Below, in pieces: positions 1 to 11,380 of a stretch of 64,000 nt of DNA. The position numbers and the translations under genes were made by a program. The DNA is from Eledone cirrhosa (lineage: Eukaryota): contig OZ024740.1 in the NCBI GenBank assembly GCA_964016885.1, positions 210,242,001-210,306,000 of the forward strand, given 5' to 3'. The notes under the pieces are model-generated. The model saw only the letters and a program-made list of their open reading frames with translations. It was not told where the DNA came from and ran no database searches. How positions within the stretch are numbered: position 1 is the stretch's first letter; each line of letters opens with the position of its first letter.

Positions 1-326
1 GCTTATATTTTTTTTTGTGTTGGCAAACGTAGTAACATTTACAATGGTGGTGTCGGTGTGAGGTGTTATTTTGTGAGGAAGGCTTTCAGCTGCTTCGTGC
101 AGAGGGGAATTAGCCATTTTTTTTCAAAGAAATTTTTGGATAATAATAAAAGTTAAAATTTTGGGCACAAGGCCCCAATCTTTTTGGGTGTCCTTTTCGG
201 AAAACAATGTATGTGTGCTTATAAACAGTTTACAATAAAATTTTCCATAAATGGCAATTTTTAAACAAACGGAAATAACAAACCTTTGCGGAGCTCACGA
301 TAATACGATTTCCTACGTAGGTCGCC

Positions 327-383
<57 letters not shown>
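327..383. repeat. (AAT)n microsatellite
   Basis: Perfect AAT run. Confidence 0.97.
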
Positions 384-384
<1 letters not shown>

Positions 385-700
385 GGGATGTGAGAATCTG
401 TTACATCAGCCAGGAAATAAGAACAGAATTGAAGGTCTCGAATGTTTTGTAGAGATATATACAGTAATAAAATTACTCTATGGAATGTTGCAATTTCATC
501 TTATCATAATGTCAAGCTAACCTTAAGCAAACTGTTGCCAATTATTTAAAGTAAAATTTAGGAGACTAAAATATTTATTCTTTATAATCTGTCGCTGTCC
601 TTGTCCTTGCCTCTATATATTTCAAAAATAATGATTTTGTATTCTTTCATATTTAAATGGATGAGGAGAGCCAAATTTCATAACCTCATACAGCCTGAAC

Positions 701-824
701 AGGCGACGATTTGCCAGAGTTGTTAGAATGTCGGATAGAAAGCCTTTCGACATTCGTTCCTGCTCTCTGCGCTCTCTGACATAATATCCTGCCGAGGTCA
801 ACTTTGCCTTTCATCCTTTCGAGA
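701..824 (+). mobile_element. SINE fragment (family A)
   Basis: Carries the core GCCGAGGTCAACTTTGCCTTTCATCCTTTC, shared with many other copies in the window. Confidence 0.75.
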
Positions 825-1676
825 AACGTGAGGCCGAGTGACGTCACACAAGTGTTGACGGTCTACTACTTTCTGGTGTCCTTGTGCTAGTAGTTCGCGA
901 GGTGTGGAGACGTGTTGTGTGAACGCAGACTGAGTTCGATGTACCGCATGTGCACGGTGGAACGACTCTGCCCAAAGTGATTCGAATACGCAAGGTATAT
1001 CTGAATGCCTCCGGCCACACTTTGTTTAGAATCCACGAGACATCAGCCACGCCAAGACTGAATTTAGGCTTCAAGTCAAAACTTTTTCGCAATGAGGCAA
1101 AAATTCGTTTAAATGAGTATGAGACACCATTTGCGTCATTAGGAACTTGTGTGGGTGAAAGCATATTTAATGATTAAAACATTTAAAAGTATCCAGGCAT
1201 GCATTAAAAAGAAATTAAAACGTAGATTTGTGTTGACGTAAAGCAGAATAAATATTGACAAAATGAAATAGTTCGAGAAACCACCCCCTGCAAATGTACG
1301 ATTTACTATATTTACTTAATGCTTCTCTAACATTTATAGCAAGATACGAAAATGCTGAACTTCACTCAAGAGCCTCGACAAGGCAAAAGAGATCTGTTAA
1401 TTAAATAAGTCAACAATTAATTTTTATGATATGCTTGAATAAATTTTGGATTTTAAGTGTTTGAAAGCACACCTAACTTCATTTAATTAAATACTATATG
1501 CACTTTAAAGAAATTATTTTCGTAAAGTATAACAAGTGTGAATAAGAGAGATGTTGTGGAGTATTCAGGGGCTAAGAAGAGCAAAGTTGGACTATATAGC
1601 TTATAGTATATATTTATTTTCACCTCTTTATGTTCAGGTTTCAAATCATTCTACGGATGATTTGACATTTTATCTA

Positions 1677-1844
1677 CCGTATTTCCCGGCGTCAAAGACG
1701 CTACTTTTTTCCTAAAATAAATCTCAAAAATCTACCATGCGTCCTGGAGGCCGAAGGTTGTTTATTATGTTTTTTTTAATTTTTGGTTGTCAAAATTAGG
1801 GTACGTCCTCGAGGACGAAGCGTTTTCGGCGCCGGGAAATACGG
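1677..1844. mobile_element. 168-bp MITE, Tc1/mariner-pogo-like termini
   Basis: 25-bp TIRs: CCGTATTTCCCGGCGTCAAAGACGC versus the reverse complement of GCGTTTTCGGCGCCGGGAAATACGG (3 mismatches). TA on the left; the right TSD reads GA. Confidence 0.85.
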
Positions 1845-4229
1845 GATCTTTACAGCACTCATATCATTAAGATTAAATATGTAAAACACACACACAGACA
1901 CGTACATATGTATGTGTGCATGATTAGAATAAAATCAAGTACCAGAATTGTTTTTATCGATCGCCACAGTTTACTGCATGCCTCTCTGTGTGTATCAATA
2001 ATAAATCTTGTAATTGCTATTCATAATCATTGTTACTGCATTCCTCAATTTCTTTATAAATTGATTCCTTCTAAGTCTTACCAATTGAGCTGAACAGGCT
2101 TTGCTTAGGAATTCCAATAACGGAGCATGTACCTTACTTTCACCAATAGGCGTTAAACACAAGATTCACACCAATCTGTGCAATCTTCATTTTTGATAAA
2201 TTTCAGTTGTCTGATATTATTGTAATTATCTCCTTTTATTGGTTTTAAATTTTAAACACTTCTACATGAAACTTTTGTCTACTAATTACATACGTTATGT
2301 CAGGCAATCGAAATATTGCAACACCTTATATTACAAAACATATCGTAAGTAATACAAACTAGTTCCAATAAATAGAAAAGAATAAATTACTATGAATCCG
2401 GAATAAAATCATGAGAGAACACAAACATTAAAAAATGAATGCTAGGAAAGTTTTGCTTTCAGAGACAGGTAACCACCAACATAGGCGCACGCTCAAGTGT
2501 GTATGTATGTGTGTATGTGTATAGGAAAACTCTGATATAACACCTGCAACCCTGATGGTATCCAATGATGTTGATTTGTTCTTCTTTTTGGTAAATATCA
2601 TCTTGGTTAAGAGAGTGGGACTGGCTTTTTGCAGTGCCTTTGCTCACTATAAAAGCTTCACGGCACAGGCATTGCTTTATATCTGGAGATCTCTCTGCAC
2701 TTGTCGTCACATGGTACCATGGGCCCAGCACTATGTGTCATTAATTGTCACAAGTGTAGTGTTTGTACCAGAGTTTTCAAGTCGCTGGCTGGACTAAAAA
2801 GTCACACTCGTTCAGCGCATCGGTAGGGGTTCTCCTACATGGATATAAAGTAGTGGTCGTACTCGAAAACGAGTTGGCAGCCACCATGTGTATATATATG
2901 TAGTATGGTTGCTACGATGCATCCATAGGCGGCATGCCGGTTGAGCACTCTATGCTCCTTCGGAGCAGAGTATGATAATATGGAAAACGAAGAATAAGTG
3001 AAGCACCGGAACACAATTTATGTAGTTAATTTCTACGGACTAAGGAGAAGAAAAATTGGATATATTTTGTCTGACTGTTCTTCAAACTTATAATTTTATA
3101 TAGCCCTGATTAATAATTATTTGCTTAATTAATTTTTTCATTGAGCCACACCGTGGAAGGTAGCCACACTCATATATGTATCTGTGACTATACATATATA
3201 TCCTCATGAATATATATATATATATATATAAAAATTGAAAAAGTGAAGAATAACATGGTCAAAAGTACAAAAAAAAGGGATTTATTTACAGTCTGACAAT
3301 TGTTTCACTGATTAAGTTTTCTAAAAATTGCTGAACACTAGAAGTAGTGCCACTCAATTTTAAATACGATCATCGGAGAAACTAGAATATATATCCGTTA
3401 AATTTACAAATTCAAATTACAGTATCATTAATAATATTAATAGAGAGAGAAAAAAGAAAGAGAGATAGATAAAAGAAAGAAAGGAAAAGGAAAAAGAAAA
3501 AGGAGAAAGGAAAACAGAGAAAGATATATATATATATATATATAGAAAAAGACATAGAGAAAAAGATATAGAGAAAGGAGGATAGAAAGAGGAGAGAAAA
3601 GGATAAAGGAGAAATAAAGGTAGAGAGAAAGAAAAATAAAGGGAAAATAATGATAACAACAATAAATGAATTAATGTTAATACATGAATAAATGTAAATA
3701 AATGTAAATGTAAATAGATAAACAAGTTACATCGAGGGTGATACAAAATAATATAAAATATGAAAATAAATAAGTAAAAACGTGCGAAGAAATTTAAACA
3801 TATTAAGATTATTGAAAATGGTTATTGAGAGTGGTTAAAATCTAGAGAGATACGAAGGTATAAACATGATAATGTTAAATATATTTATGTGTGTACTTTT
3901 AATAAATTAATTATATAATTAATTAATTATTTGATTAATTAGTTGCAAGTTATATTAGAAGTGAAAATGATATAATAAGATAGAATAAGATAAAATAAGA
4001 TAAAATGCCAGAGATGAAATAAATTTAGGGAGAGAAATAGAAAGATAGAAAGTGAAAGATAGAGATATATAAAATATGAATGTAAAATATAAGAGGTTAT
4101 GATGTTGGTTCATTGATAGAGGATGACAATTATAATAATAATGATGATAATAGGATATTATAAGATATTATAATAGATCTAAGTGGTACAATTTGAGTTA
4201 TGGAATAGATTGGATGAATTAGGCTGGTC

Positions 4230-4458
4230 TAAAGTTCTCAAATTTGGTCGCCGTTTTATGCCTACAGAAAATAATTCTTTCGATTTTACTGTTAAGTATT
4301 GTTGTATTTTAAAATTTGGAAAAGCTCCATATTACAAAGACCACAGTGGGACATGCCAATTCTATAGGCTATTGCTGTTGACAGCTTCGTCCAGCTGATT
4401 TTATATTCCAGGTTTGCATCTCTGAGTTGCCAGATTTTATTGGCGAGTGTTGTTGTAT
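4230..4458 (-). pseudogene. C-terminal part of a PLE GIY-YIG endonuclease region
   Basis: Hand translation NTTTLANKIWQLRDANLEYKISWTKLSTAIAYRIGMSHCGLCNME aligns with [31 protein letters not shown]...CNLCLNE of ORF 58494..60182. It is broken by a stop/frameshift. Confidence 0.8.
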
Positions 4459-4766
4459 TCGATGTAACTTGTTTATTTATTTACATTTATTAACATTAAT
4501 TCATTTAAGGTTGTTGTCATTATTTTCCCTCTATTTTTCTTTCTCTCTACCTTTATTTCTCCTTTATCCTTTTCTCTCCTCTTTCTCTTCTCCTTTCTCT
4601 ATGTCTTTTTCTCTGTCTTTTTCTCTCTATATATATTTTTCTGTGTTCCTTTCTCCTTTATCTTTTTCCTTCTTTCTTTCTTTTTTTCTCTCTCTATCTT
4701 TATTATTAATATTATTAATGATGCTGTAATTTGAATTTGTAAATTTAACGGATATATATTCTAGTT

Positions 4767-4870
4767 TTTCCGATGATTTGATTATGCTAACATCGTATTT
4801 AAAATTGAGTGGCACTACTTCTAGTGTTCAGCAATTTTTAGACAACTTAATCAGTGAAACAATTGTCAGA
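4767..4870 (+). ncRNA. Degenerate type I hammerhead ribozyme in a PLE pseudo-LTR
   Basis: CCGATGA (core variant), TGATTA/TAATCA stem II, then GAAAC-AATT-GTC with palindromic stem III ACAATTGT, followed by AATAAA. Confidence 0.55.
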
Positions 4871-5106
4871 CTGTAAATAAATCCTTTTTTTTGTACTGTT
4901 GACCATGTTATTCTTCACTTTTTCAATTTTATTACTCCAAGGTAAACTTACATAAGAATACAAGTGAAATCATAAACTCACCACCTACGTAAACCTCTTG
5001 TTGAGTCAAACAACGCCGTACGCTAAAACTCTCCATAATAATAAGTATTCACAACCTCTAACTGGATTACCTATAACGATATTTTGTTATCCCTTATATA
5101 TATATA

Positions 5107-5370
5107 TAGTTATGTAATAAACAACATACGATAATTATTTCACTTACCAAAGGTTTCACGAAGACAGATGAGCCTGACACAGACGTCTGACTTCGGTCGT
5201 CAGAATGAAATTTTATTACGACCGAAGTCAGACGTCTGTATCAGGCTCGTCTTTCTTCGTGAAACCTTTGGTAAATGAAATAATTATCTTATGTTGTTTA
5301 TTACATAACTAAAAAACTCTGTAGCCTACATAGAACACTCTCTTTTTCTTTACCTTTCCTACGGAAACAC

Positions 5371-5373
<3 letters not shown>
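5107..5373. mobile_element. Fold-back hairpin element, copy 1 (94-bp arms plus ~60-bp tail)
   Basis: 5107-5200 pairs with 5218-5311 (5 mismatches, 17-nt loop). The tail is homologous to that of copy 2 at 34986-35046. Flanked by (TA)n. Confidence 0.8.
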
Positions 5374-5454
<81 letters not shown>

Positions 5455-5504
5455 CATATATATATGACGTTGAGTGCTAGAAGTGAATTGCATTCTTATA
5501 TACC

Positions 5505-5552
<48 letters not shown>
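5374..5552. repeat. Two (TA)n tracts
   Basis: Long TA runs at about 5374-5465 and 5507-5552. Confidence 0.95.
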
Positions 5553-5556
<4 letters not shown>

Positions 5557-6590
5557 TTGTGTGTGTTTTGAATAATTGCCAAATATATATCATTCGTAGT
5601 ATTTTACTGACGCCACAGAGATGAAAGCGAAAGTCGGTTCCGACGAGAGGTCTTAAGCTAGATTTTGCAAAGCACCTAACTCAGTCCTTTATTTTGCTTT
5701 TTCCAACTGTATCGTTACTCATACCCTCTGTATGTGTGTGTTAGAGAGAAAGGGAGTGAGATAGATAGATAGAGAGAGAGAGAGATGGGAGAGATAGAAA
5801 GAGAGTGTGAGAGAGAGAGAAAACATCAAATTACTACAAGTCGTAAGTAAATCTCTAAATAGGAAGCCAATTGATAAGAATTCTCCTTATCTTATACATA
5901 ATTCTTATTACACCTTTTTCTCTCTTAAAAAGTTGTACGTAAAATTTCTTTGAAGAAAGTGTCTCACGGGGAGAATGAACGCAACAAAACAGTTAATTGG
6001 ACTACAAAAAATGAAAAGAGAAGAAAACGCTCGGTCAAAGAGACGTAGCAGGATAGTAAAAAGATTTATGGATCTATGGATTTAGCTTCGTACTGATGTA
6101 TTTATTAGAAGATAAATCTAAGAAACATGAGTAAGACATTTGTAAAGCTATCAATTTACAACTGACAAATCTGAACAACTCAAAGAGAACGATATGTATT
6201 TCTTTTTTAAGTCTTTGATACTATGGACGGCAATAGCAGTACACATGTTTCCACAGAGGCTAATAGGCATCTTTGCTCCTACTGAAGAAAATCCATCGGA
6301 CGTCTGAAGGCATATAGCCGCTTAGATAATTTAAATAGTCTGCCTGTACTACTTGATAGTTACGCCATTGTTGATTTTGACAAGTCAGGGCAGGTAACAC
6401 GGTCGCATGGCCTCCAAGAGAAATTTTTCAAGGAGGTACATGACCCCATTGGGGCCCGAAGCAGGCAAAGACTTTTCTCAAAATGGATGTTGCATGGTTG
6501 CTGTAGAACCTTCTTAGATCTTGGGCACCGGAACAAAGTACCGACTGGATCCCCCTCTCATAGGCCTTGCAAGGTCGTATTTAGATATGA

Positions 6591-6800
6591 TAATGGTTTC
6601 TAATTTTAGTACAAAGCCAGCGATTTGACGGGGATAGGAAAGTCGATTATATCGACCCCAATGCTTCTTGAACGATGCTTTATTTTATTGATCAAAGGCT
6701 ATGTTGACTTTGGTGGTGTTTGAATTCTGAAAGTAAATAGCCGGAACAAATACTGTTAAGCACTTGACCAATGTTCTAACGACCTTGCCAATCCACCGCC
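6591..6800 (-). mobile_element. Degenerate SINE (family A)
   Basis: Reverse-complement similarity to the copy at 42047-42238 over head, core and tail. Confidence 0.7.
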
Positions 6801-6884
6801 CCCGATAGGAAATTTATATGTATGTGTATGTATGTATGTGCACATATGTATGTATATATATGTGTATGTCTATATGAGAACAAA

Positions 6885-7050
6885 CAGTCAGAACCAAGCA
6901 GTGGAAAGTCCCAGAAGAGTCTACAATTGCCGTGTGTGTGCTAGAGAGTGCAGTCGTTGGCTGATTTAAAGAGCCACATTCGTGCCTCACATTTTTGAGT
7001 ATTTTATCAAGCAATGGCGATGCTCGAACACGAGTTTGCGGCCATCATGT
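6885..7050 (+). mobile_element. 3' end of an RTE-like LINE (C-terminal C2H2 motif plus short 3' UTR)
   Basis: Translates, with one frameshift, as RVYNCRVCAREC-SLADLKSHIRASHF*. This fits the CxxCxRxCxSxxGLxSHxRxH motif that ends RTE-clade ORFs. It terminates in simple repeats. Confidence 0.6.
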
Positions 7051-7551
7051 CTGTATGTATGCGTATGTGTGCGTGTGTGTGCTTGTGAATGTGCATGTGT
7101 ATTAAAGGGATTCTGAATGCCATATATACGTAAATTAAACCGATATTGCTCCAATCAGTCCACAAACACTCAGCAAACACTTGAAACCAAACGCCAACCT
7201 ATACTCATGACTACTGCCAAACCAAACCATTCTCACCCTACCCCCTCCCAAATCCAGCATACCAAAACGGGGACAACCCACCTCCCTAAACTCATCATAC
7301 ATAACCAGACGACACTAGCTACCTAATTGAGAAAACATACGTTATCACGCTGTAGCTATCATATTATGTAGTTTCTATACAATAAAGCCAAAAAAGCTAT
7401 TAGATTCTAAACTTATGGAAATTACACTCTTAGACAGAGAAGGGGAAAAAAACTAGCGGCAATTGGTAGCAACCCCGAAGGAGATCAGAGCAAGGAGAGG
7501 GTACATATCTTTTGATAGTTATAATAATTCTAAATCTAGGGGTTTGATGAT

Positions 7552-10500
7552 TGGCTGTATGTGGCTGTAGGTGGCTGAGGTGTCTGTAGGTGGCTGTCTG
7601 TGGAAGTATGTTGCGGTAGGTGGCTGTAAGTGGCTGTAAGTGGCTGTACGTGGCTGTAAGTGGCTGTAAGTGGCTGTACGTGGCTGTAGGTGGCTGTAGG
7701 TGGCTGTAAGTGGCTGTAGGTGGCTGTAAGTGGCTGTAGGTGGCTGTAAGTGGCTGTAGGTGGCTGTAGATGGCTGTAGGTGGCTGTAGGTGGCTGTAGG
7801 TGGCTGTAGGTGGCTGTAAGTGGCTGTAGGTGGCTGTAAGTGGCTGTAAGTGGCTGTAGGTGGCTGTAGGTGGCTGTAGGTGGCTATAAGTGGCTGTAGG
7901 TGGCTGTAGGTGGCTGGAAGTGGCTGTAAGTGGCTGTAGGTGGCTGTAAGTGGCTGTAGGTGGCTGTAGGTGGCTGTAAGTGGCTGTAAGTGGCTTTAGG
8001 TGGCTGTAAGTGGCTGTAGGTGGCTGTAGGTGGCTGTAAGTGGCTGTAGGTGGCTGTAGGTGGCTGTAAGTGGCTGTAGGTGGCTGTAAGTGGCTGTAAG
8101 TGGCTGTAGGTGGCTGTAGGTGGCTGTAGGTGGCTGTAGGTGGCTGTAAGTGGCTGTAGGTGGCTGTAGGTGGCTGTAAGTGGCTGTAAGTGGCTGTAGG
8201 TGGCTGTAGGTGGCTGTAGGCGGCTGTAGGTGGCTGTAGGTGGCTGTAGGTGGCTGTAGGTGGCTGGAAGTGGATGTAAGTGGCTGTAAGTGGCTGTAGG
8301 TGGCTGTAGGTGGCTGTAAGTGGCTGTAGGTGGCTGTAAGTGGCTGTAGATGCCTGTAGGTGGCTGTAGGTGGCTGTAAGTGGCTATAAGTGGCTGTAGG
8401 TGGCTGTAGGTGGCTGGAAGTGGCTGTAAGTGGCTGTAGGTGGCTGTAAGTGGCTGTAGGTGGCTGTAGGTGGCTGTAAGTGGCTGTAAGTGGCTTTAGG
8501 TGGCTGTAAGTGGCTGTAGGTGGCTGTAAGTGGCTGTAAGTGGCTGTAGGTGGCTGTAAGTGTCTGTAGGTGGCTGTAGGTGGCTGTAAGTGGCTGTAAG
8601 TGGCTGTAAGTGGCTGTAAGTGTCTGTAGGTGGCTGTAGGTGGCTGTAAGTGGCTGTAAGTGGCTGTAGGTGGCTGTAAGTGGCCGTAGGTGGCTGTAGG
8701 TGGCTGTAAGTGGCTGTAGGTGGCTGTAGGTGGCTGTAGGTGGCTGTAGGTGGCTGTAGGTGGCTGTAGGTGGCTGTAAGTGGCTGTAGGTGGCTGTAAG
8801 TGGCTGTAGATGGCTGTTGGTGGCTGTAAGTGGCTGTAGGTCGCTGTAGGTGGCTGTAGGTGGCTGTAAGTGGTTGTAGGTGGCTGTAGGTGGCTGTAGG
8901 TGGCTGTAAGTGGCTGTAGGTAGCTGTAGGTGGCTGTAAGTGGCTGTAGGTGGCTGTAGGTGGCTGTAAGTGGCTGTAAGTGGCTGTAGGTGGCTGTAGG
9001 TGGCTGTAGGTGGCTGTAGGTCGCTGTAGGTGGCTGTAGGTGGATGAAAGTGGTTGTAGGTGGCTGTAGGTGGCTGTAAGTGGCTGTAGGTGGCTGTAAG
9101 TGGCTGTAGGTGGCTGTAGGTGGCTGTAGGTGGCTGTAGGTGGCTGTAGGTGGCGGTAAGTGGTTGTAGGTGGCTGCAGGTGACTGTAAGTGGCTGTAGG
9201 TGGCTGTAGGTGGCTGTAAGTGGCTGTAGGTGGCTGTAAGTGGCTGTAGATGGCTGTAGGTGGCTGTAAGTGGCTGTAGGTGGCTGTAGGTGGCTGTAGG
9301 TGGCTGTAGGTGGCTGTAGGTGGCTGTAAGTGGCTGTAGGTGGCTGTAGGTGGCTGTAGGTGGCTGTAGGTGGCTGTAAGTGTCTGTAGGTGGCTGTAGG
9401 TGGCTGTAGGTGGCTGTAAGTGGCTGTAAGTGGCTGTAGGTGGCTGTAGGTGGCTGTAGGTGGCTGTAAGTGGCTGTAGGTGGCTGTAGGTGGCTGTAAG
9501 TGGCTGTAGGTGGCTGTAGGTGGCTGTAAGTGGCTGTAAGTGGCTGTAGGTGGCTGTAGGTGGCTGTAAGTGGCTGTAGGTAGCTGTAGGTGGCTGTAGG
9601 TGGCTGTAGGTGGCTGTAGCTGGCTGTAGGTGGCTGTAAGTGGCTGTAGGTGGCTGTAAGTGGCTGTAGGTGGCTGTAGGTGGCTGTAGGTGGCTGTGGG
9701 TGGCTGTAGGTGGCTGTAGGTGGCTGTAAGTGGCTGTAGGTAGCTGTAGGTGGCTGTAAGTGGCTGTAGGTGGCTGTAGCTGGCTGTAGGTGGCTGTAAG
9801 TGGCTGTAGGTGGCTGTAAGTGGCTGTAGGTGGCTGTAGGTGGCTGTAGGTGGCTGTAAGTGGCTGTGGGTGGCTGTAGGTGGCTGTAGGTGGCTGTAAG
9901 TGGCTGTAGGTAGCTGTAGGTGGCTGTAAGTGGCTGTAGGTGGCTGTAGGTGGCTGTAGGTGGCTGTAAGTGGCTGTAGGTGGCTGTGGGTGGCTGTAGG
10001 TGGCTCTAGGTGGCTGTAAGTGGCTGTAGGTGGCTGTAAGTGGCTTTAGGTGGCTGTAAGTGGCTGTAGGTGGCTGTAGGTGGCTGTAAGTGGCTGTAGG
10101 TGTCTGTAGGTGGCTGTAGGTGGCTGTAGGTGGCTGTAGGTGGCTGTAGGTGACTGTAAGTGGCTATAAGTGCCTGTAGGTGGCTGTAGGTGGCTGTAGG
10201 TGGCTGTAGGTGACTGTAGGTGGCTGTAAGTGGCTGTAGGTGGCTGTAGGTGGCTGTAGGTGGCTGTAAGTGGCTGTAGGTGGCTGTAAGTGGCTGTAGG
10301 TGGCTGTAGGTGGCTGTAAGTGGCTGTAGGTGGCTGTAAGTGGCTGTAGGTGGCTGTAAGTGGCTGTAGGTGGCTGTAAGTGGCTGTAGGTGGCTGTAGG
10401 TGGCTGTACGTGGCTCTAGGTGGGTGTAGGTGGCTGTAGGTGGCTGTAAGTGGCTGTAGGTGGCTGTAGGTGGCTGTAAGTGGCTGTAGATGGCTGTAAG

Positions 10501-11366
10501 TGGCTGTAGGTGGCTGTAGGTGGCTGTAAGTGGCTGTAGGTGGCTGTAAGTGGCTGTAGGTGGCTGTACGTGGCTGTAGGTGGCTGTAGCTGGCTGTAGG
10601 TGGCTGTAGGTGGCTGTAAGTGGCTGTAGGTGGCTGTAGGTGGCTGTACGTGGCTGTAGGTGGGTGTAGGTGGCTGTAGGTGGCTGAAAGTGGCTGTAGG
10701 TTGCTGTAGGTGGCTGTACGTGGCTGTAGGTGGCTGTAACTGGCTGTAGGTGGCTGTAGGTGGCTGTAAGTGGCTGTAGGTCGCTGTAGGTGGCTGTAGG
10801 TGGCTGTAGGTGGCTGTAGGTGGCTGTAAGTGGCTGTAGGTGGCTGTAGGTGGCTGTAGGTGGCTGTAAGTGGCTTTAGGTGGCTGTAGGTGGCTGTAGG
10901 TGGCTGTAGGTGGCTGTAGGTGGCTGTGGGTGGCTGTAGGTGGCTGTAGGTGGCTGTAAGTGGCTGTAAGTGGCTTTAGGTGGCTGTAAGTGGCTGTAGG
11001 TGGCTGTAGGTGGCTGTAAGTGGCTGTAAGTCGCTGTAAGTGGCTGTAAGTGTCTGTAGGTGGCTGTAAGTGGCTGTAGGTGGCTGTAGGTGGCTGTTAG
11101 TGGCTGTAGGTGGCTGTATGTGGCTTTAAGTGGCTGTAGGTAGCTGTAGGTGGCTGTAAGTGGCTGTAGGTGGCTGTAGGTGGCTGTAAGTGGCTGTAGG
11201 TGGCTGTAGGTGGCTGTAAGTGGCTGTAAGTGGCTGTAGGTGGCTGTAGATGGCTGTAAGTGGCTGTAGGTGGCTGTAGGTGGCTGTAGGTGGCTGTAAG
11301 TGGCTGTAGGTGGCTGTAGGTGGCACTAAGTAGCTGTAAGTGGCTGTAGGTGGCTGTAGGTGGCTG
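7552..11366 (-). repeat. Decamer satellite block 1, (GTGGCTGTAR)n on +, about 380 units
   Basis: Uninterrupted 10-bp phase; the G/A variable position is visible line by line. Confidence 0.99.
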
Positions 11367-11380
11367 ATAAATACAGATAT

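Larger units (their letters stand above)
3231..5095. mobile_element. Older Penelope-like element (PLE): inverted pair of 5'-truncated copies between (TA)n tracts
   Basis: 3231-3735 is the reverse complement of 4459-4930. The minus copy runs on into endonuclease-coding sequence, the plus copy has an extra tail (4931-5095), and there is (TA)n at both ends. Confidence 0.85.

Noticed and set aside
844-1177. Overlapping short ORFs in a moderately GC-rich patch
   Set aside because: No recognisable motif. Possibly an old transposon relic, but I cannot support a call.
2480-2955. Possible CATAGG...CTATG-ended DNA element
   Set aside because: The terminal match is too weak and there is no TSD.
3417-4815. 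Hydrophobic F/L/S-rich ORFs resembling membrane proteins
   Set aside because: They are translations of the pyrimidine-rich PLE 3' UTR and its inverted copy.
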